From positions 21,571,440-21,635,439 of the forward strand of contig NC_081371.1 of assembly GCF_030684315.1 (NCBI RefSeq): 64,000 nt of DNA, written 5' to 3'. The position numbers were made by a program, and so were the translations under genes. Below are positions 63,118 to 64,000 of this stretch, piece by piece. The notes beneath the pieces are model-generated. The model did no database searches and had not been told where the DNA came from. It saw only the letters and a list, made by a program, of their open reading frames with translations. The stretch is from Stegostoma tigrinum (taxonomy: Eukaryota). Each line of letters starts with the position of its first letter. Positions within the stretch are counted from its first letter, which is position 1.

Positions 63118-64000
63118 AGCCTTTGTGCTCCTGAGATGCTGCTTGGCCTGCTGTGTTCATCCAGCCTCACATTCTATTATCTTGGAATTCTCCAGCATCT
63201 GCAGTTCCCATTACCTCTAAATTAACCTTTGTGATGTTTATAAAGAAGGTTATCTGTGCCTTTCATAAGAGCTGTTTTGGTACAGGGATTTGGATTCTTA
63301 TTGTGAACCCCAGAGAAAGAAACTTTTTGTTAGGAAATAACTTTGTTGGCAAGAAAGGCAATCAAAAACTTAGAATACAGATTACCAAGTTTTATTGAAC
63401 GATAAGAATTGATATTTAAAATTTCATTGTTCATGGCATGGCACAATATACATGGTCAACACTTACGAATCTTGAGACTTCTAGGGTCTTCCTGGTTCCT
63501 TGAACCTGCTCTCTTGATTCATAACATACTTCAATATTTTAGCATAGCCAACTTAACTCTAACATACATACAAATCATATTGTAGCCTTAAGACTTCATG
63601 ATTTGTGAATCCTTTTTAAACCCACAATTTCCCAGTCTACCTTAGGCTTGAATTTCCAGTCTACCTTAACTTTTGAAGGTAGTGTTGGGCAGCTGCCTTC
63701 TGAGTTTTTTTCTCTCTCCCTCTCTTTGGTGGAACTAACTTCCTCACAAAAACTGCAGCTTTCCCAAAATGAGAAAGATTGTACTTTACCAGTGATTGTC
63801 CCAAGTTAGACTTCAACTGACTAAATGAGTCCTTGTTTGTTGAAGTTATATGGTTTCTATTCACTTTCTCATTAGGTAATTACTATAGCTCTGGCAATGC
63901 AGTATGTAGTGGAGCCATCGATTTCTATACTGGGCCTTATCCCAATGTAGAAATCCTCCAGCTATATTAATTACCAAAGCCTAATACTGGGTTTTTACAG

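Larger units (their letters stand above)
62011..63217. mobile_element. 1.2-kb palindromic PLE insertion (subfamily B): two inverted 3' halves, each with GIY-YIG C-terminus, pLTR and hammerhead
   Basis: Arms 62011-62548 and 62601-63178 are reverse complements, with a 52-bp spacer and tail 63179-63217. Both strands encode DMSIMGLLHCHNDATRRLQEQQLIF.LGTLQPYGINVDF. 15-bp TSD taaattaacctttgt at 61996-62010 and 63218-63232. Confidence 0.93.

Noticed and set aside
62343-63134. 263-aa ORF as a novel gene
   Set aside because: It reads through the palindrome centre: antisense PLE sequence fused to a sense endonuclease C-terminus and low-complexity pLTR.
150-63217. CRISPR array or prokaryotic system suggested by recurring short repeats
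   Set aside because: The repeats are dispersed retroelement termini with no regular spacers and no cas genes; the DNA is vertebrate.
40330-64000. WNT5B or ERC1 coding exons expected from synteny
   Set aside because: I found no Wnt- or ERC-like peptide in the ORF track or by eye; short exons could have been missed.

Overview
Eukaryotic, AT-rich, repeat-dense vertebrate DNA. The repeat set (HE1-type V-SINEs, Deu-domain SINEs, CR1/L2 LINEs, Penelope-like elements) points to a cartilaginous fish, probably a shark; this is inference. The only intact host gene I can support is FBXL14 (minus strand, ATG 37970, stop 36768, 400 aa, F-box plus LRRs, uninterrupted CDS), with a CpG-rich promoter region at about 38.0-40.3 kb. 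The rest is mostly decayed mobile DNA: CR1, L2, a single-ORF CR1-group LINE with matching short SINE-like elements, Gypsy gag/pol remnants and a possible Harbinger remnant. The most striking structure is a family of Penelope-like retroelements (PLEs) with GIY-YIG endonuclease and minimal hammerhead ribozyme motifs. Eight copies are visible. Six are inverted-repeat (hairpin) insertions of 0.2-2.3 kb, and seven have 11-16 bp target-site duplications (TSDs). Five of the six hairpins have one arm ending about 30-45 nt short of the other, and the short copies invert or truncate inside or next to the hammerhead. Repeat boundaries were read by eye and are approximate.
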